Virus record (IMG/VR): IMGVR_UViG_3300031669_000001 | Coordinates: 281,070-345,069 of that record | Strand: one strand, 5' to 3' | DNA length: 64,000 bases | Part shown: piece by piece, positions 50,298-61,497 of the stretch | Numbering within the stretch: the first letter of the stretch is position 1 | Layout: every line of letters starts with the position of its first letter | Notes under the pieces: model-generated | Told to the model about the DNA's origin: nothing | Database searches by the model: none | Seen by the model: the letters and a program-made list of their open reading frames with translations, nothing else | Translations under genes and position numbers: made by a program

Positions 50298-50661
50298 TTC
50301 TATTACCTCTTTCCATTGCCTGTTTCAACGATACAGCGGCGAGCGTCGCCTTGTGAACTTCGACAAAAATTGGATCGTCAACTTCTATAGAATGGATTCC
50401 ACTTTCCAACATCTGGACGATTGCTTTAGCAATCTCAAGACTTCTATCTTGACATGGATTCATTAAATCTCTTTTGAGATCGTATGCTAGAATGTTCTCT
50501 AATTCAGTCTTGAAATCCAACCCATTGGTAGGAGTTGAATGTTTCATATCCTGTCGAAGTTCAATTCTAATCTTCAGCTTCGACTGTACGTCGTTGATGT
50601 CAACGGCGTACAGCGGTTCAAAGCTTTCCTTGTCTACAGCGAGATCGAGCGCGATCTTCAA
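50287..50661 (-). CDS. Hypothetical protein
   Basis: 124-aa ORF. Confidence 0.65.
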   Translation of the reverse strand: MKIALDLAVDKESFEPLYAVDINDVQSKLKIRIELRQDMKHSTPTNGLDFKTELENILAYDLKRDLMNPCQDRSLEIAKAIVQMLESGIHSIEVDDPIFVEVHKATLAAVSLKQAMERGNRNVE

Positions 50662-50663
50662 TC

Positions 50664-52214
50664 TTAACTCGCGTTGAACAGCTTTGTTGCGATGCTGTCA
50701 CCTTCACGAGTGAAGCGAACGAACTGGAAGATCCTTTCAGACCAGCCAGACAGCTGAGTCCAACCACTCCACTCTGAAATCGGCGTGGTGTTACCCGAGT
50801 TCAGGTTGACTGCAACCTTGACGCAATCAGACGAGAAGATATTCTGACCACGAGAGCTCAGACGGTTTACTTCCATGTCAGACAGGATGACGACGGTGTC
50901 TGGCTCGAAGCCGAGGCCTGACTTCATGTCGAAGGCAGACTGCAGGTTTGTACCACCACCTGCGTTGCGCGCCATGATCTTTTCATACAGCGTAAAGATC
51001 GAGTCAGAGCTGTTCAAGTCTACGTGTTGAGCGTAGTTATCGAACATCGTGAACTTTGCTTCGAAAGCGTCCTTGGAAGCCTTCATCAGCGCGGCGCTGA
51101 AGATTGCACCGACCTTGATCGGAGAGTTGTTGTTGCTGCTAATGTCGTTACGACCGTACTGGTAACCAATACCACCCATGGAACCCGAAGAATCCAGGAT
51201 GATCCAGACGCGCTTGCCGAGTTCTGGGATGTTCTTGATCGAGAGCTCTGTTGCCTCAGTGATCGCATTCAGAACGACAGTTGGAACACCGCTAGCCTTC
51301 GCAACATCGTGTGCGTTGATGAAGCCGAACGGCAGCTGCTTGGACTTCGAAACACCGACTGGATCCTTGATGCGGTTAGCAACGGTAACCCAAGTCTCGT
51401 CAGAGATTCCAGCTTCCTTCATGTTACGAAGGTTACGGATCAGAGCCATGTAGCCCATCGAACCAGATCCAACGCGGTTGATCAGCTCAGTCCACAGCGC
51501 AGCCTTTGACTTCTGCTCTTCCTTAGGCAGCTGACCATTCTTGGACAGCTCAACTTCCCAAGTGTAAGGCGACTCGAGAGTCTCTGCCATGATCTTGTTG
51601 AAGAGCTCAGCGTGAACTTCATCAGCTGGCTTTGGGTGAACGATGCGAAGCAGATCACGGAAGCGCAGGCCTTCGGAACGGTTGTACTTACCTAGCTGGT
51701 ACGCGTCAAACTTGTTGAACGCGAGAGCGACACCCTTCTTGATCGCCAGAGGAATCTTGGTCTTGGAACCAAAGGTCGTCAGCGAGTAAGCGTACATGTC
51801 TGTAAGTTCGTCAGCGCGCTGGATCAGGTAACCGATGGCTTCCTTGAAGTTTTCCAGAACGAGGTTCTTGTCGCGCAGGATCTTTGCGAGTTCAACAACC
51901 ATAACGATTGGCATCGTACGGATGAACATCTCTTCACGGGCGAAGCGCGCAACGTTCAGCGCGTAGCGTGCACCCTTCAATCCATGTGTCGAAACGACTT
52001 GGTCGAGAGCTGTGACCATGCGCTTGACCTTCGCGTTAGCGGACTCGTAATACGAATCATTGCCATAAAGCGTGCTAACTAACGTCTCGAACAGAATCTG
52101 CTCAGGCCCTTTTACAGCCTGCAGGTTGCCATTTTTGGACAACGCTTTGCCGAATGGCGCTACAGGAGTAGCTGCAGTTGGTGAGAGGGTCTTCTTAACG
52201 TTTAGCTTTGACAT
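50664..52214 (-). CDS. TROVE/Ro60 (Rsr-like) RNA-binding protein with vWA domain
   Basis: FDAYQLGKY, LRIVHPKP, TWEVELS, MGYMALIRNLRN, ILDSSGSM, GGTN, ILSDME. Confidence 0.9.
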   Translation of the reverse strand: MSKLNVKKTLSPTAATPVAPFGKALSKNGNLQAVKGPEQILFETLVSTLYGNDSYYESANAKVKRMVTALDQVVSTHGLKGARYALNVARFAREEMFIRTMPIVMVVELAKILRDKNLVLENFKEAIGYLIQRADELTDMYAYSLTTFGSKTKIPLAIKKGVALAFNKFDAYQLGKYNRSEGLRFRDLLRIVHPKPADEVHAELFNKIMAETLESPYTWEVELSKNGQLPKEEQKSKAALWTELINRVGSGSMGYMALIRNLRNMKEAGISDETWVTVANRIKDPVGVSKSKQLPFGFINAHDVAKASGVPTVVLNAITEATELSIKNIPELGKRVWIILDSSGSMGGIGYQYGRNDISSNNNSPIKVGAIFSAALMKASKDAFEAKFTMFDNYAQHVDLNSSDSIFTLYEKIMARNAGGGTNLQSAFDMKSGLGFEPDTVVILSDMEVNRLSSRGQNIFSSDCVKVAVNLNSGNTTPISEWSGWTQLSGWSERIFQFVRFTREGDSIATKLFNAS

Positions 52215-52621
52215 GATGTTTTCCTTTAATTAAATGCTGCGAGGGACACGCGTCCCTTCGAGTTAGTTTACTACAATTATTTTACTGCGTTTACGAGGGT
52301 GATGAATGCCGCGGCTACGCAGATGATAGCTACAGAGCCCAAAAAAGCTGCAGGCCAACCGAGATGATCACCCATTGAAGAGACCGCTTGAACTGCTCCT
52401 ACTGCACTTGATGCCATTTTATTCCTTACGAATCCTGTGAATCAATCTTGAAAATTCATTTACCGCTTCCGCACTTTGTTCGCTGCGCGGTTCATTCAGA
52501 AACATGTTCGCTGTCGCGAGCGCTTGTAACAGATCATCTCGATCTTTTTGTACCTTCAACGCTGCAGTTCGAAAGCGAACTATTTCTTCAACCGTTACAA
52601 CTGGAAAATCTTCGAGTTTCA

Positions 52622-52903
52622 TCAGTTGTAACTCCTTGCATTGAACTTCAAACCCAAAGTTTTGAGTTCTTTCATCGCGCCTTTGAAATAGTTGTAGCGA
52701 GCGCGAAGCTTAGCACCACGTATTTCACCGTCGCAAGACAGGTTCTCTGGAGAGAGATTGCTGTCCAACCGATCCCAAAGCTTCTGAGCATCTTCATCGG
52801 TGATGGCTTTGACATTAACGACTTTGTCGTTGAAAAATACAGCCATGCGGTTTTCGTTTTCTACAAATTTAGAGAGGTTCTTCAGTTTAGTAGCATCTGC
52901 CAT
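52622..52903 (-). CDS. Conserved phage hypothetical protein
   Basis: LSPENLSCDGE motif; early promoter at 52937-52965. Confidence 0.7.
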   Translation of the reverse strand: MADATKLKNLSKFVENENRMAVFFNDKVVNVKAITDEDAQKLWDRLDSNLSPENLSCDGEIRGAKLRARYNYFKGAMKELKTLGLKFNARSYN

Positions 52904-53733
52904 TTTTCCCTCCGGAGAAGTATTTACGATAGGGCTATTATATCAAAACGTGGAGAAAAGTACACACTTTTTTGAGCGTTAATAACAGAACCACCAACCA
53001 CACTTTCCATCTGAACACTTCATACCGCCACCTGAAGCACTTACAGTCTGACTACCACAACTAGGACACAATTCATTTTCTGGATCAATGTAAGGTTCAC
53101 CCACTTCGACGTAGATCATCTTATACTTTTGAAATTGACCGTTAGCCAATTGCTTAATTCTGGTTTGTGAAGCTTCATACTTCTCTAGCAATAGCTCCTC
53201 TAACATAGTTCATCGTCCAGTAAATTGAATTCTTGTTGAAGCTGCAGTACCTCTCGCCAATGATACTCTGTCCAAACATCTCCAGGGTTCAGATCTACCA
53301 AAGCTTGAATTCTACTTTTGATAGACTCCAATTTTTGAACATTAACGTTAGCTCTAAAGTAGAGATGATCGTCCTTTCTAGGCCACTTGAAATTGCAATG
53401 ATCACCATGACATTCGCCTATCAATTCCTTTTCAGGTGATGTGCAATTTGATGTTCCAAACCTAAAGTCACCACACTCAGGGCAATGAAATTCTTCCATC
53501 ACACTTCTCCATCATGAATGTGAGATAGAGGCACTTTGAAGATTTGCGCGGCCTGCCTACGAGCATCACCAATCGTCGCAGCGATGACGGGGATCCAGCT
53601 CTTCCCCCAAGGTTCTTTAAGACCACCTTGTGATTTGAAGAATTCACCTTCCTTAACGAACAGCGCGTTTCCGCTGTTGCAATTTACGAAGTGTGTTGCG
53701 TTGTCTTTGGTTATTTCCATGATCCTCTCCAAA

Positions 53734-55443
53734 TTAAAATACCAATCTTTGTTTAAACCAGTCAGGTAGCTTTCGCTCCCACTGTCCGTAAAACCACTTA
53801 AACTTGTCATCGAGAATGTAGGTGACTGAAGTATCAGTCTCGTGTCTCGTTGATCTACCACTTGCTTGCAGGATAGAAAGCCACATTTTGTTCGTGTACC
53901 AGTCGCCATCAAGATCAGACTTAACCTTCACCCTGACGTCTCCGAGGTTAGCCCATGGAAGTTTAATGATCACCTGGAATGTAGACAGATCATCATGGAG
54001 GTCAATTCCCTCCATCATTGATGGACTCAATAACACACTACCGTAAGTGCCGCCTTGAGTCTCATGTATCTCCAGAAGCTCATCGTTCTTATATTTCTTC
54101 GGGTAAGTGTTCTTTCCCATATCTGCGTTAGACAGCACGTCCATGTCTTTGCAGAGAAGTCTCTTACGATTTTTAGTTGAGACTCCCATGTAAACGTGGT
54201 TAGTCAGCTTGTGAGAGTTGGCATGGACGATACCGCGTTCACCTTCGTGGATCTTCAGAATCTCGTCTATCAAGCCACCAACTTTCTTGATGTTCCGATC
54301 GTAGTTGTCTCTACTTAGGTTGATCGAAGGCATCACGATCACAGGAGAGTGCTTTGGATCGAATGGAGAGTCAGTCTCTATGAAGAGACACTCATCGTCC
54401 TCGATGCCGAGTTCCTTACAAAATTCCTTCTTCGTTCCTAGCGTTGCAGATAGGAATACGAACTTGTCTGCAAGCTTTCCAAAGTACTCGTGAAAGAGAA
54501 AGTCACCATAGATCGGTGCTAGCTTTAAAATGTTGGCATCGTGTTGCTTGGTGATGATCCAGCGTCTTATCAATTCCTCAGTAGTCGAGTGTGTGTTGAA
54601 GAAGATGTTCAGAGGTTGAATGGCTTTGTCGAGTTGATACATCCTCGAGTTCAACTTCTTAACCTTCTCTGCAGTCTTAGCATTGAATCCTTTCGCCCAC
54701 TCTCTCGGATCCATTCCAAAGAGTCTAGCTTTTGGAAACTCGCGTTCCATCTGCTGTTTAAGCTCGATTGCCTTTTCCATCAAAGCGTCGCGAATCTCGA
54801 TCACCTTCATGTAATCCTCTTCAGGACGTCCAGTAAAGGAGATACCGTTTGTCTTTACGCCGAAGTCATCGTGAAGCTTCTGAGGATCAACATTAGACTC
54901 AGAAAAAGATACGAGGTGATTCTCGATGTTGTGTGCTTCATCAAAGATAACAACGCTGCGTTCAACCCACGGAGATTCTTCCTCGCTTGCGAAACCACAA
55001 TGCGTGCTATAAAGCAGGTACACTGGGTTGGTGATCATCGCTTTGGAACTTAAAGCTAAGTTCTTTTGGTTGATGTATGGACAGATGTGATTGTCCTTGC
55101 ATTGTTGGTAAAGAGCTGGGTTAGCTGTACACGGTGCAGCATCTACGGTGAACGAATCATTTACCGCGCAGGTGTAGTTTCCTCTTCCCTTCAAGTTGAT
55201 CAACTCTGACCAGCTCTTCATGTATTGGTCCTGTAGCTGAAGAGTTGAAGTCAACATGTAAGCATTATTGACGCTGTCAGCTATTGACGTTGCGATGTAG
55301 GTCTTTCCTACGCCTGTAGGAAGAGAAAGCGCAAAGTATTTGTAGTCGTTCCAATTTGCGTGAATCTTTTCTACAACGTCAATCTGTTGTTGACGGGGTT
55401 TAATGTGATGCTTTTCAAAAAACTTCAAGGGATGAGTGTACAT
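53734..55443 (-). CDS. DinG/Rad3-like SF2 helicase
   Basis: LPTGVGKT, LKGRGNYTC, IFDEAH, LSATL, EGIDL, QASGRSTR. Confidence 0.9.
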   Translation of the reverse strand: MYTHPLKFFEKHHIKPRQQQIDVVEKIHANWNDYKYFALSLPTGVGKTYIATSIADSVNNAYMLTSTLQLQDQYMKSWSELINLKGRGNYTCAVNDSFTVDAAPCTANPALYQQCKDNHICPYINQKNLALSSKAMITNPVYLLYSTHCGFASEEESPWVERSVVIFDEAHNIENHLVSFSESNVDPQKLHDDFGVKTNGISFTGRPEEDYMKVIEIRDALMEKAIELKQQMEREFPKARLFGMDPREWAKGFNAKTAEKVKKLNSRMYQLDKAIQPLNIFFNTHSTTEELIRRWIITKQHDANILKLAPIYGDFLFHEYFGKLADKFVFLSATLGTKKEFCKELGIEDDECLFIETDSPFDPKHSPVIVMPSINLSRDNYDRNIKKVGGLIDEILKIHEGERGIVHANSHKLTNHVYMGVSTKNRKRLLCKDMDVLSNADMGKNTYPKKYKNDELLEIHETQGGTYGSVLLSPSMMEGIDLHDDLSTFQVIIKLPWANLGDVRVKVKSDLDGDWYTNKMWLSILQASGRSTRHETDTSVTYILDDKFKWFYGQWERKLPDWFKQRLVF

Positions 55444-55583
55444 TGCGTCTCCAGTAAGGAGACCATTATAACATGCATGCACTGCAAAGGATATTTAGCC
55501 CAGTAAATGATGAGCTGCGATAACGATTCCAAGACAAACGCATGTTATCATGTTGCACACCATCACAAATAAAATCATTTTGT

Positions 55584-56108
55584 TCATGCTTTTCCTGCAG
55601 CGTCAACGTGAGCTTGAACGTCTTCAATCAGCTCTTTTAAATCAATCATAGCAGACTTCAGGTTGATTCCTTGTTGAGATGAGATGTCAACCCTGTTGCT
55701 TGAAGGATCTTGCGTCATTATGAAAGAATCAAACGACAGCTTTAGAACTTGAGAAAATTCTTCAAGTGGCAAGATGAACATCGCGTAATCTATCTTCGCT
55801 TCAGGAATCAATTGGTCTATGTGATCGCAAAGCTTTAGCGAATCCTTGCGAAGACGCTCCGTGATGTATGCTAACACCTTTGGGCTTCTAGAAAATTCTT
55901 CACAGAGAATCGCAGTCTTCAACATTTCACCATACAGCTCTACAACTTCCTTGCGAATGCATCTAGCGATGACGAAGCTTCTCAAAGAAACACCGGGGTT
56001 CTGATAGATTGCATCTCTTCCTGAGAGATTTTCCATCATAGCGTAAAAGTGATCTGGAAGCCTAGCCATTGCTAGGAGGTAGTTTACGTTAAAAGTTTTT
56101 GAGATCAC
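55584..56108 (-). CDS. Hypothetical protein
   Basis: 174-aa ORF. Confidence 0.65.
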   Translation of the reverse strand: MISKTFNVNYLLAMARLPDHFYAMMENLSGRDAIYQNPGVSLRSFVIARCIRKEVVELYGEMLKTAILCEEFSRSPKVLAYITERLRKDSLKLCDHIDQLIPEAKIDYAMFILPLEEFSQVLKLSFDSFIMTQDPSSNRVDISSQQGINLKSAMIDLKELIEDVQAHVDAAGKA

Positions 56109-56489
56109 TAGTCATCCTCGTCATCATCGCTAAAGCTAAAGCCTGCAGCTTCCAGATCAAAGTCATCTGGAAATGTAAGCGTTTCAGCGGAGCCTTCATT
56201 TTGGTAGTATTCCTCTTGTTCGAGAAGTTCTTCTACTGTCTTCTCGTTCCTATACCATCGAACGTGCGCGGAACCATCTCCACCATCGCAAATCAAACCA
56301 TAAATTTTCATTTCATCACTCCAATTAGCATAAGTACTAAACCAGTTACAAATTCTAATATGCCTAACAGCGCCCAGTATGCGTAACTATTATCACCATG
56401 TGGGAATGGAGTGTACAACGTCCTATAAACAAAGTGCGTTGACTGTGCTGAAAGAATAAAACAACCAATTGCTAGGAAAATGAAGAGGT

Positions 56490-58907
56490 TCATTTCTTCG
56501 CAACTTCATTTCCAGTAACGAAACCCATTCCATTACGCTCAAGACCGATCAGCTTCGCTTTTGATTCCATGTCAAGACGATCCAACCAGGTTTCAACATC
56601 CAACTGTTCATCGAGCAGATTAGCTTGACGACGAACAGTTGCAAAGTCACCAGGAGTCAAGTGTTTAATGGTTGCAAGTTCGATCTTCAGATCTTCCTTT
56701 TCAGCCTCAGTGAAAGCTTCGTAGTCACACTTCGATTCATTGATGAACATCGACAAACGTTGTTCATTGGTCAGCGCTTTGAATTCCAGCTTGAACGTGA
56801 ATCGACGAAGTGCAGCTGCATCTAGAGAAGTCATCAGGTTAGTGGCGCAGATGAACAGACCTTGGAAACGTTCCATGCGTTGCAACAGCTCATTGACCTG
56901 AGTAACTTCCCAGCTCTTCGAAGCCATCGAACGATCACGAAGGAAGCTGTCAGCTTCGTCGAGAAGTAGGATGGCGCCTTCAGATTTTGCTTCATCAAAC
57001 ATTGCCGCGATGTTCTTTTCTGTTTCACCGAGGTACATGTTGAGCAGCGCAGAAGCAGGCTTGATCAAGAGAGGCTTGTCCAACTCCATCGCGATGAACT
57101 CTGCAAGTTGGGTCTTACCCGTACCAGGAGCACCGTAAAGACACAAGGTGCCAGTTGTCTTGCGCTTCAATGCTTGGATAATCTTGTCGATAGGCATGCC
57201 GCCGGCAAGGTTCAGGTAATCGAGGCTGTACTTCGTGACGCTGTCACGAAGCTCTTCCATCTTATCACGATCTAGCGCCCGTTGGCTATTTGCTATCAAG
57301 TGAAATAAGCTTTCTTCTCCATGCTCACCTTCACGCTTTAACATTTGAACAGTGCGCGCTGCAGACTTTACCTGCTCTACGTTGATCTCAATGTACTTTG
57401 AAAGTTTAATGGCAACGTCATTGTTGAAGCCGAGAGTATCAACTACACCCTTAACTTCTTCGCGACGATCTGCACGTGAGCCGCCTTTCAGTTCAACGTG
57501 GAACAAGAACTTACCGACATTTTCTGTCGTGATGGAACTTGGTGACGTAACTAACCAGATAGTTGGAACTGGGTTGCGAATCAAGAGCAGCTCATCGCTG
57601 TCCAAATCTTCATCTTTTGTCCCAGTCAGCCCATCATCTCCAAACATGTCCAGCATCCAAGATGGACGATGGCGGCTTTTTGTTAAAGCTTGCTCTGTCT
57701 TTTCAACGATCAGGATGATTGGATCACCCATATCATCTGAAAGCTTCTTGACATGTTGTTGGGCGACGTAACAAATGCTTGGTATGTCAGTAGATCGTGC
57801 ATCACGAGTCCTAACTACCATGCTTTTCAATTTCATCTTCTCAAGAAGGTTTACAACGTAGTTCGTTTTGTCTATCTTGGATGAACCGTAGATCATCACG
57901 TTTAAACCATGTTGATCTTCTACCTTGATACCCTCTTCAGGATTCGCTTTAGCTCTTCCTGAAATTTGAGCTACGTCGTAGGCGCGTTCCAAGAATTCTT
58001 GGAGAAGTTCTTCATCTTTCACGTTTGCTTTTGCGATTGAACCAGAGAACGTCTTCTTGTTGCTGTGCTTGAATTCGTCAACGAAGCGCGCAAAGAATTT
58101 TGCATCTGTATCTGTGTAGTTTGAGATCGCGTATACCCAAAACTCAGACATGTTTGACATGCGCTTGCTCTTTGCGTCATAATTGACGATACCGAGAGCG
58201 ATCGGAGCACTGCGCTCTGACAAAGCTTCATCGATACCTAAGATAGTGATGTCATTTTCTCCAAGCATCACCTTGTAAAAATGCTCAAATAGCGTAGGAT
58301 TCTTGGTGATAGTGAACAAGAAGTCACGGAAGATCGTTGCACGAATGTCAGTGGAGAACATCAAGTTCAGCTCGAGCAACTTGCACTCAGCCTCTGTCAA
58401 TCCAATGGTATCAGACAGTCGTTCGAGGTTGAGAGTGATGGACGAAATTCTGTTCGAGTAGGATTCTTCCATCGCGCTGTACATCTCGTTCGCGATTTTA
58501 TCCAGAGCCGCGCAGGATTCATGTGAGGATTTATAGCTCATTGTGAGCTCACGGTAGATCGCAGATGAGATGAAGAAGTCTTTGACGTACGTAGTGGTGA
58601 TATTTTCGCTGAATTGAGTGCGAAGATTGTTGACGATTTGCATCAACTTTTCTTGCTTCTCCAGAGAGCTGAGAGCATTCTCAGGATTGAATTCATCAGT
58701 GTCGATGTCAGGCAGAATCTTCTTGATGATAGGCGTCAACCTATCGTTACCAAAGTCACGAGGCATACCTTGTAACAGAGATGTGAAATACGTCGAGAAG
58801 ACGTACTCATCCATCAAGATGAATGGAGCGCAGACTTTATCTCCAGCGAGATTGATCAAGTAACGGAGGAGTTGAACTGGGTATTCATGTTTTTGCTCGA
58901 GACTCAT
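56490..58907 (-). CDS. AAA+ ATPase (degenerate first and intact second AAA module)
   Basis: YGAPGTGKT, LLDEADSFL, ATN, LDAAALRRF. Confidence 0.9.
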   Translation of the reverse strand: MSLEQKHEYPVQLLRYLINLAGDKVCAPFILMDEYVFSTYFTSLLQGMPRDFGNDRLTPIIKKILPDIDTDEFNPENALSSLEKQEKLMQIVNNLRTQFSENITTTYVKDFFISSAIYRELTMSYKSSHESCAALDKIANEMYSAMEESYSNRISSITLNLERLSDTIGLTEAECKLLELNLMFSTDIRATIFRDFLFTITKNPTLFEHFYKVMLGENDITILGIDEALSERSAPIALGIVNYDAKSKRMSNMSEFWVYAISNYTDTDAKFFARFVDEFKHSNKKTFSGSIAKANVKDEELLQEFLERAYDVAQISGRAKANPEEGIKVEDQHGLNVMIYGSSKIDKTNYVVNLLEKMKLKSMVVRTRDARSTDIPSICYVAQQHVKKLSDDMGDPIILIVEKTEQALTKSRHRPSWMLDMFGDDGLTGTKDEDLDSDELLLIRNPVPTIWLVTSPSSITTENVGKFLFHVELKGGSRADRREEVKGVVDTLGFNNDVAIKLSKYIEINVEQVKSAARTVQMLKREGEHGEESLFHLIANSQRALDRDKMEELRDSVTKYSLDYLNLAGGMPIDKIIQALKRKTTGTLCLYGAPGTGKTQLAEFIAMELDKPLLIKPASALLNMYLGETEKNIAAMFDEAKSEGAILLLDEADSFLRDRSMASKSWEVTQVNELLQRMERFQGLFICATNLMTSLDAAALRRFTFKLEFKALTNEQRLSMFINESKCDYEAFTEAEKEDLKIELATIKHLTPGDFATVRRQANLLDEQLDVETWLDRLDMESKAKLIGLERNGMGFVTGNEVAKK

Positions 58908-59353
58908 TTTATGCCTTTATGATTATTGAGAGGAATTTTACAGCGCACTTTCTACTTCATGTTCCTTTACTGTGATCCAGGTAACGCTTGGATCAACTTC
59001 TACGATATAAACTGGAATGTCATCGTCAGTTCCCAGACATTTGATGATACCTATCTCACCAGATTGAAGACGAACCTTGTTATTGATGTTGAATCGGTGA
59101 CGATAATGTTCACGAAGCCACTTCTGATTTTCATTCATGCGTGTTCTCCAGATAATTTATAAAACGTAACCTTCATTAAATCCAAGATCAAGCTTCTTAG
59201 CGTTGTAGATAGCTGCATCTAAGATTTGAGATACAGTAAAAGCGGTGTAAGCTCTTGCAATTTCATCATTACTATTACCACCACATTGAGCAAATACTAC
59301 AGAAGTCCAATCTTCAATGAACTTCTTCCGCATTGCAACTTTTTCAGCTCTAG

Positions 59354-59854
59354 TCATGTTTTGTAACCCTTACGGATCTCTTCTATGATCTCGATAGCGT
59401 CCCAAACGTCACCGTTGAAGAGGATCGCTAGACCACCTTTGTCAGCCCACATCGCGCAATTTTCTGGGTGATCATCGATCAAAACCTTGTTAGGACCCGA
59501 GTGAAGTTGCTTGTCTTTACGAGGAAGAACGATGGTCTCATATTCTGGACCGAATTTCTTAGCTACCCACTCACGCTTTTGATTGCGAGAACGTTCACCA
59601 GGAGGTGCGCCAGTCAGGAACTTTGGGTTAAATTGCTTCGTGTATTCCCAGAGGTGTTCAGCGTTAGGCATGAACTCTAGCTTGGCGAAGAAGTCTCTGT
59701 CAGCCATGATGAACTTCCACATACCTTTGTCAAACTGGTGTGGGTAGCGTCCAGAAATATCGTAGACTCTTTTGTTGAAGTCAGCGAATACACCGTCTAG
59801 GTCCAGGTAAAACTGTTCGAATGGATTGAAATCTATTTTTGGTATTTTTTTCAT
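59354..59854 (-). CDS. HAD-family 5'(3')-nucleotidase-like protein
   Basis: YLDLDGVFADF, K..W, LIDD. Confidence 0.85.
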   Translation of the reverse strand: MKKIPKIDFNPFEQFYLDLDGVFADFNKRVYDISGRYPHQFDKGMWKFIMADRDFFAKLEFMPNAEHLWEYTKQFNPKFLTGAPPGERSRNQKREWVAKKFGPEYETIVLPRKDKQLHSGPNKVLIDDHPENCAMWADKGGLAILFNGDVWDAIEIIEEIRKGYKT

Positions 59855-59895
59855 AGGGCATTATAACAAATCATAAGGATAAAGTACACATCAAC

Positions 59896-60141
59896 TTATT
59901 TGCTTTTCTTGACAGAAACGTAAGTGCCGCTAGTGTGCTTGATTAACTTGAAAGCATTTTTTTAATGCTCGTGCAAACTCGTCTGCCAGTTCTTCTGAAG
60001 TAAAGCATTCTAGTTCATCTTGTGTATCTGAACTAAATGCGCCATGCCTAGATTCCCATCGAACTTCCCAAAGTTGAACAGCGTCAACCGTTTTTTTTTG
60101 TTTGTGAATGGAACCAGTAGCGACTTAAAGTTGAGATTCAT
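59896..60141 (-). pseudogene. Small gene broken by two homopolymer frameshifts
   Basis: A9 and A7 runs; correcting both gives one continuous ORF ending ...LKNAFKLIKHTSGTYVSVKKSK. Confidence 0.5.
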
Positions 60142-60552
60142 TTTATTCCTCGTCTTGTTGATAATTCGGCTTTCAAACCTTTGTAAGCTTTCGTTTCACT
60201 GTAATCGTACGCATCAGCTGCTTCCAACATCTCAATGCAATTTTCAATGTGCAATGTGGACATGTCCTTCATCTTGATGATCATCATGTCAAACGTTAAC
60301 CATTCGTCATCATTGTTCAATCGATGATCTTTCCAAACATTTACATCGAACATCTAATTCTCCGATTTCATCGCAGCAACTAAGCTATCGAAATACTTGT
60401 CATCTTCATCTTCACCAGACACTACTAGCACGTCGAACAATTGACTGATGGCGAAGGAATATCCTTGAGACCAAGTAAGTCGATCCTTTTCTGAGACGCC
60501 TACAACTTCTGGAGGTTGAGTTATTCCACCAAAGAGTTGCTGGAATTGTTCT

Positions 60553-60906
60553 TCAGTTAACTTCATATTCGTAAGGTGCTCGATCTTCCCTTGGGCCTTT
60601 GTGATGGCTTAGAGCGTATTCATCGAAGTAAACAACCGTCCAATCTGGAAGATCTTGTTTTATCATCTTTGCAATCTCGAGACCACGCTCAGAAAAAGCT
60701 TTGATGTCGAAAGCTGGAGTTTTCCTTTCGATGAATGGAAGGTAGTCATCATTTAGTTCATATTCATGGCACCAATCTTTTAGTGCCTTGACAGTTTTTG
60801 GAGATAGCTTGTAACTTTCAACGCAAGCATTTACACCATCCTCATCCCACAGCCCAGTGGAACAATAATCTGCCATCACCCGAACATACTTGATAACCAT
60901 TCCCAT
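60553..60906 (-). CDS. Hypothetical protein
   Basis: 117-aa ORF with SD. Confidence 0.7.
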   Translation of the reverse strand: MGMVIKYVRVMADYCSTGLWDEDGVNACVESYKLSPKTVKALKDWCHEYELNDDYLPFIERKTPAFDIKAFSERGLEIAKMIKQDLPDWTVVYFDEYALSHHKGPREDRAPYEYEVN

Positions 60907-61057
60907 GCTATCTCCTTAAACAAAGACCCAATTTACAGAATATCTTCTTTTGCCGCATCGAGTGCAAGTATGTGTACGCTCCACGTCATTTCCGCGGAAG
61001 CATCTGATCTCCACGAGATAGTCGTGACATCCAAAAAGGCATTTGATATTTTTCATA

Positions 61058-61256
61058 GGCGCGTCTGGGCTGGATTCGAACCAACCTACCTCCGACTTAT
61101 TAGGCCGGTGCTCTACTCTACAGTAAGGATCTTGATGTTAGACAGCGTGGCCAACGCTGTGGCTGATCAAAATCTTTTTGTCAGAGTCACATCACATCGT
61201 AAGGTGGAGCTCGAGATACCTTAGTCTGCTTGTGAATACCAATGAGCTACAAACGC
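61058..61256 (-). ncRNA. 199-nt tRNA-like RNA with ~120-nt D-loop expansion, anticodon position AAT
   Basis: GCGTTTG/CAGACGC, GCTC/GAGC, CCGGC-CTAATAA-GTCGG, GGTTGG-TTCGAAT-CCAGCC. Confidence 0.75.
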
Positions 61257-61497
61257 ATTTCTTCCAACGTTAATTTTTACCAGCGTCACGTTCTTCCATC
61301 GCCGAGCTGAGTCCATCAGCTAGACAATTTGCACCGGCGTAGATGCCAGCTGTATAAAACACGAGAGCGATTGTTTCCCAGTTTTCACCGAGCTCCACGC
61401 TTTCCTCGGGGTAATCTTCTGCAAGACCTTTTTCAAGAATTTTGTGACACTCTTGAGGGGTAGGTAGGTGTATTCTTGTATCTGCCATTTTGTTTTC

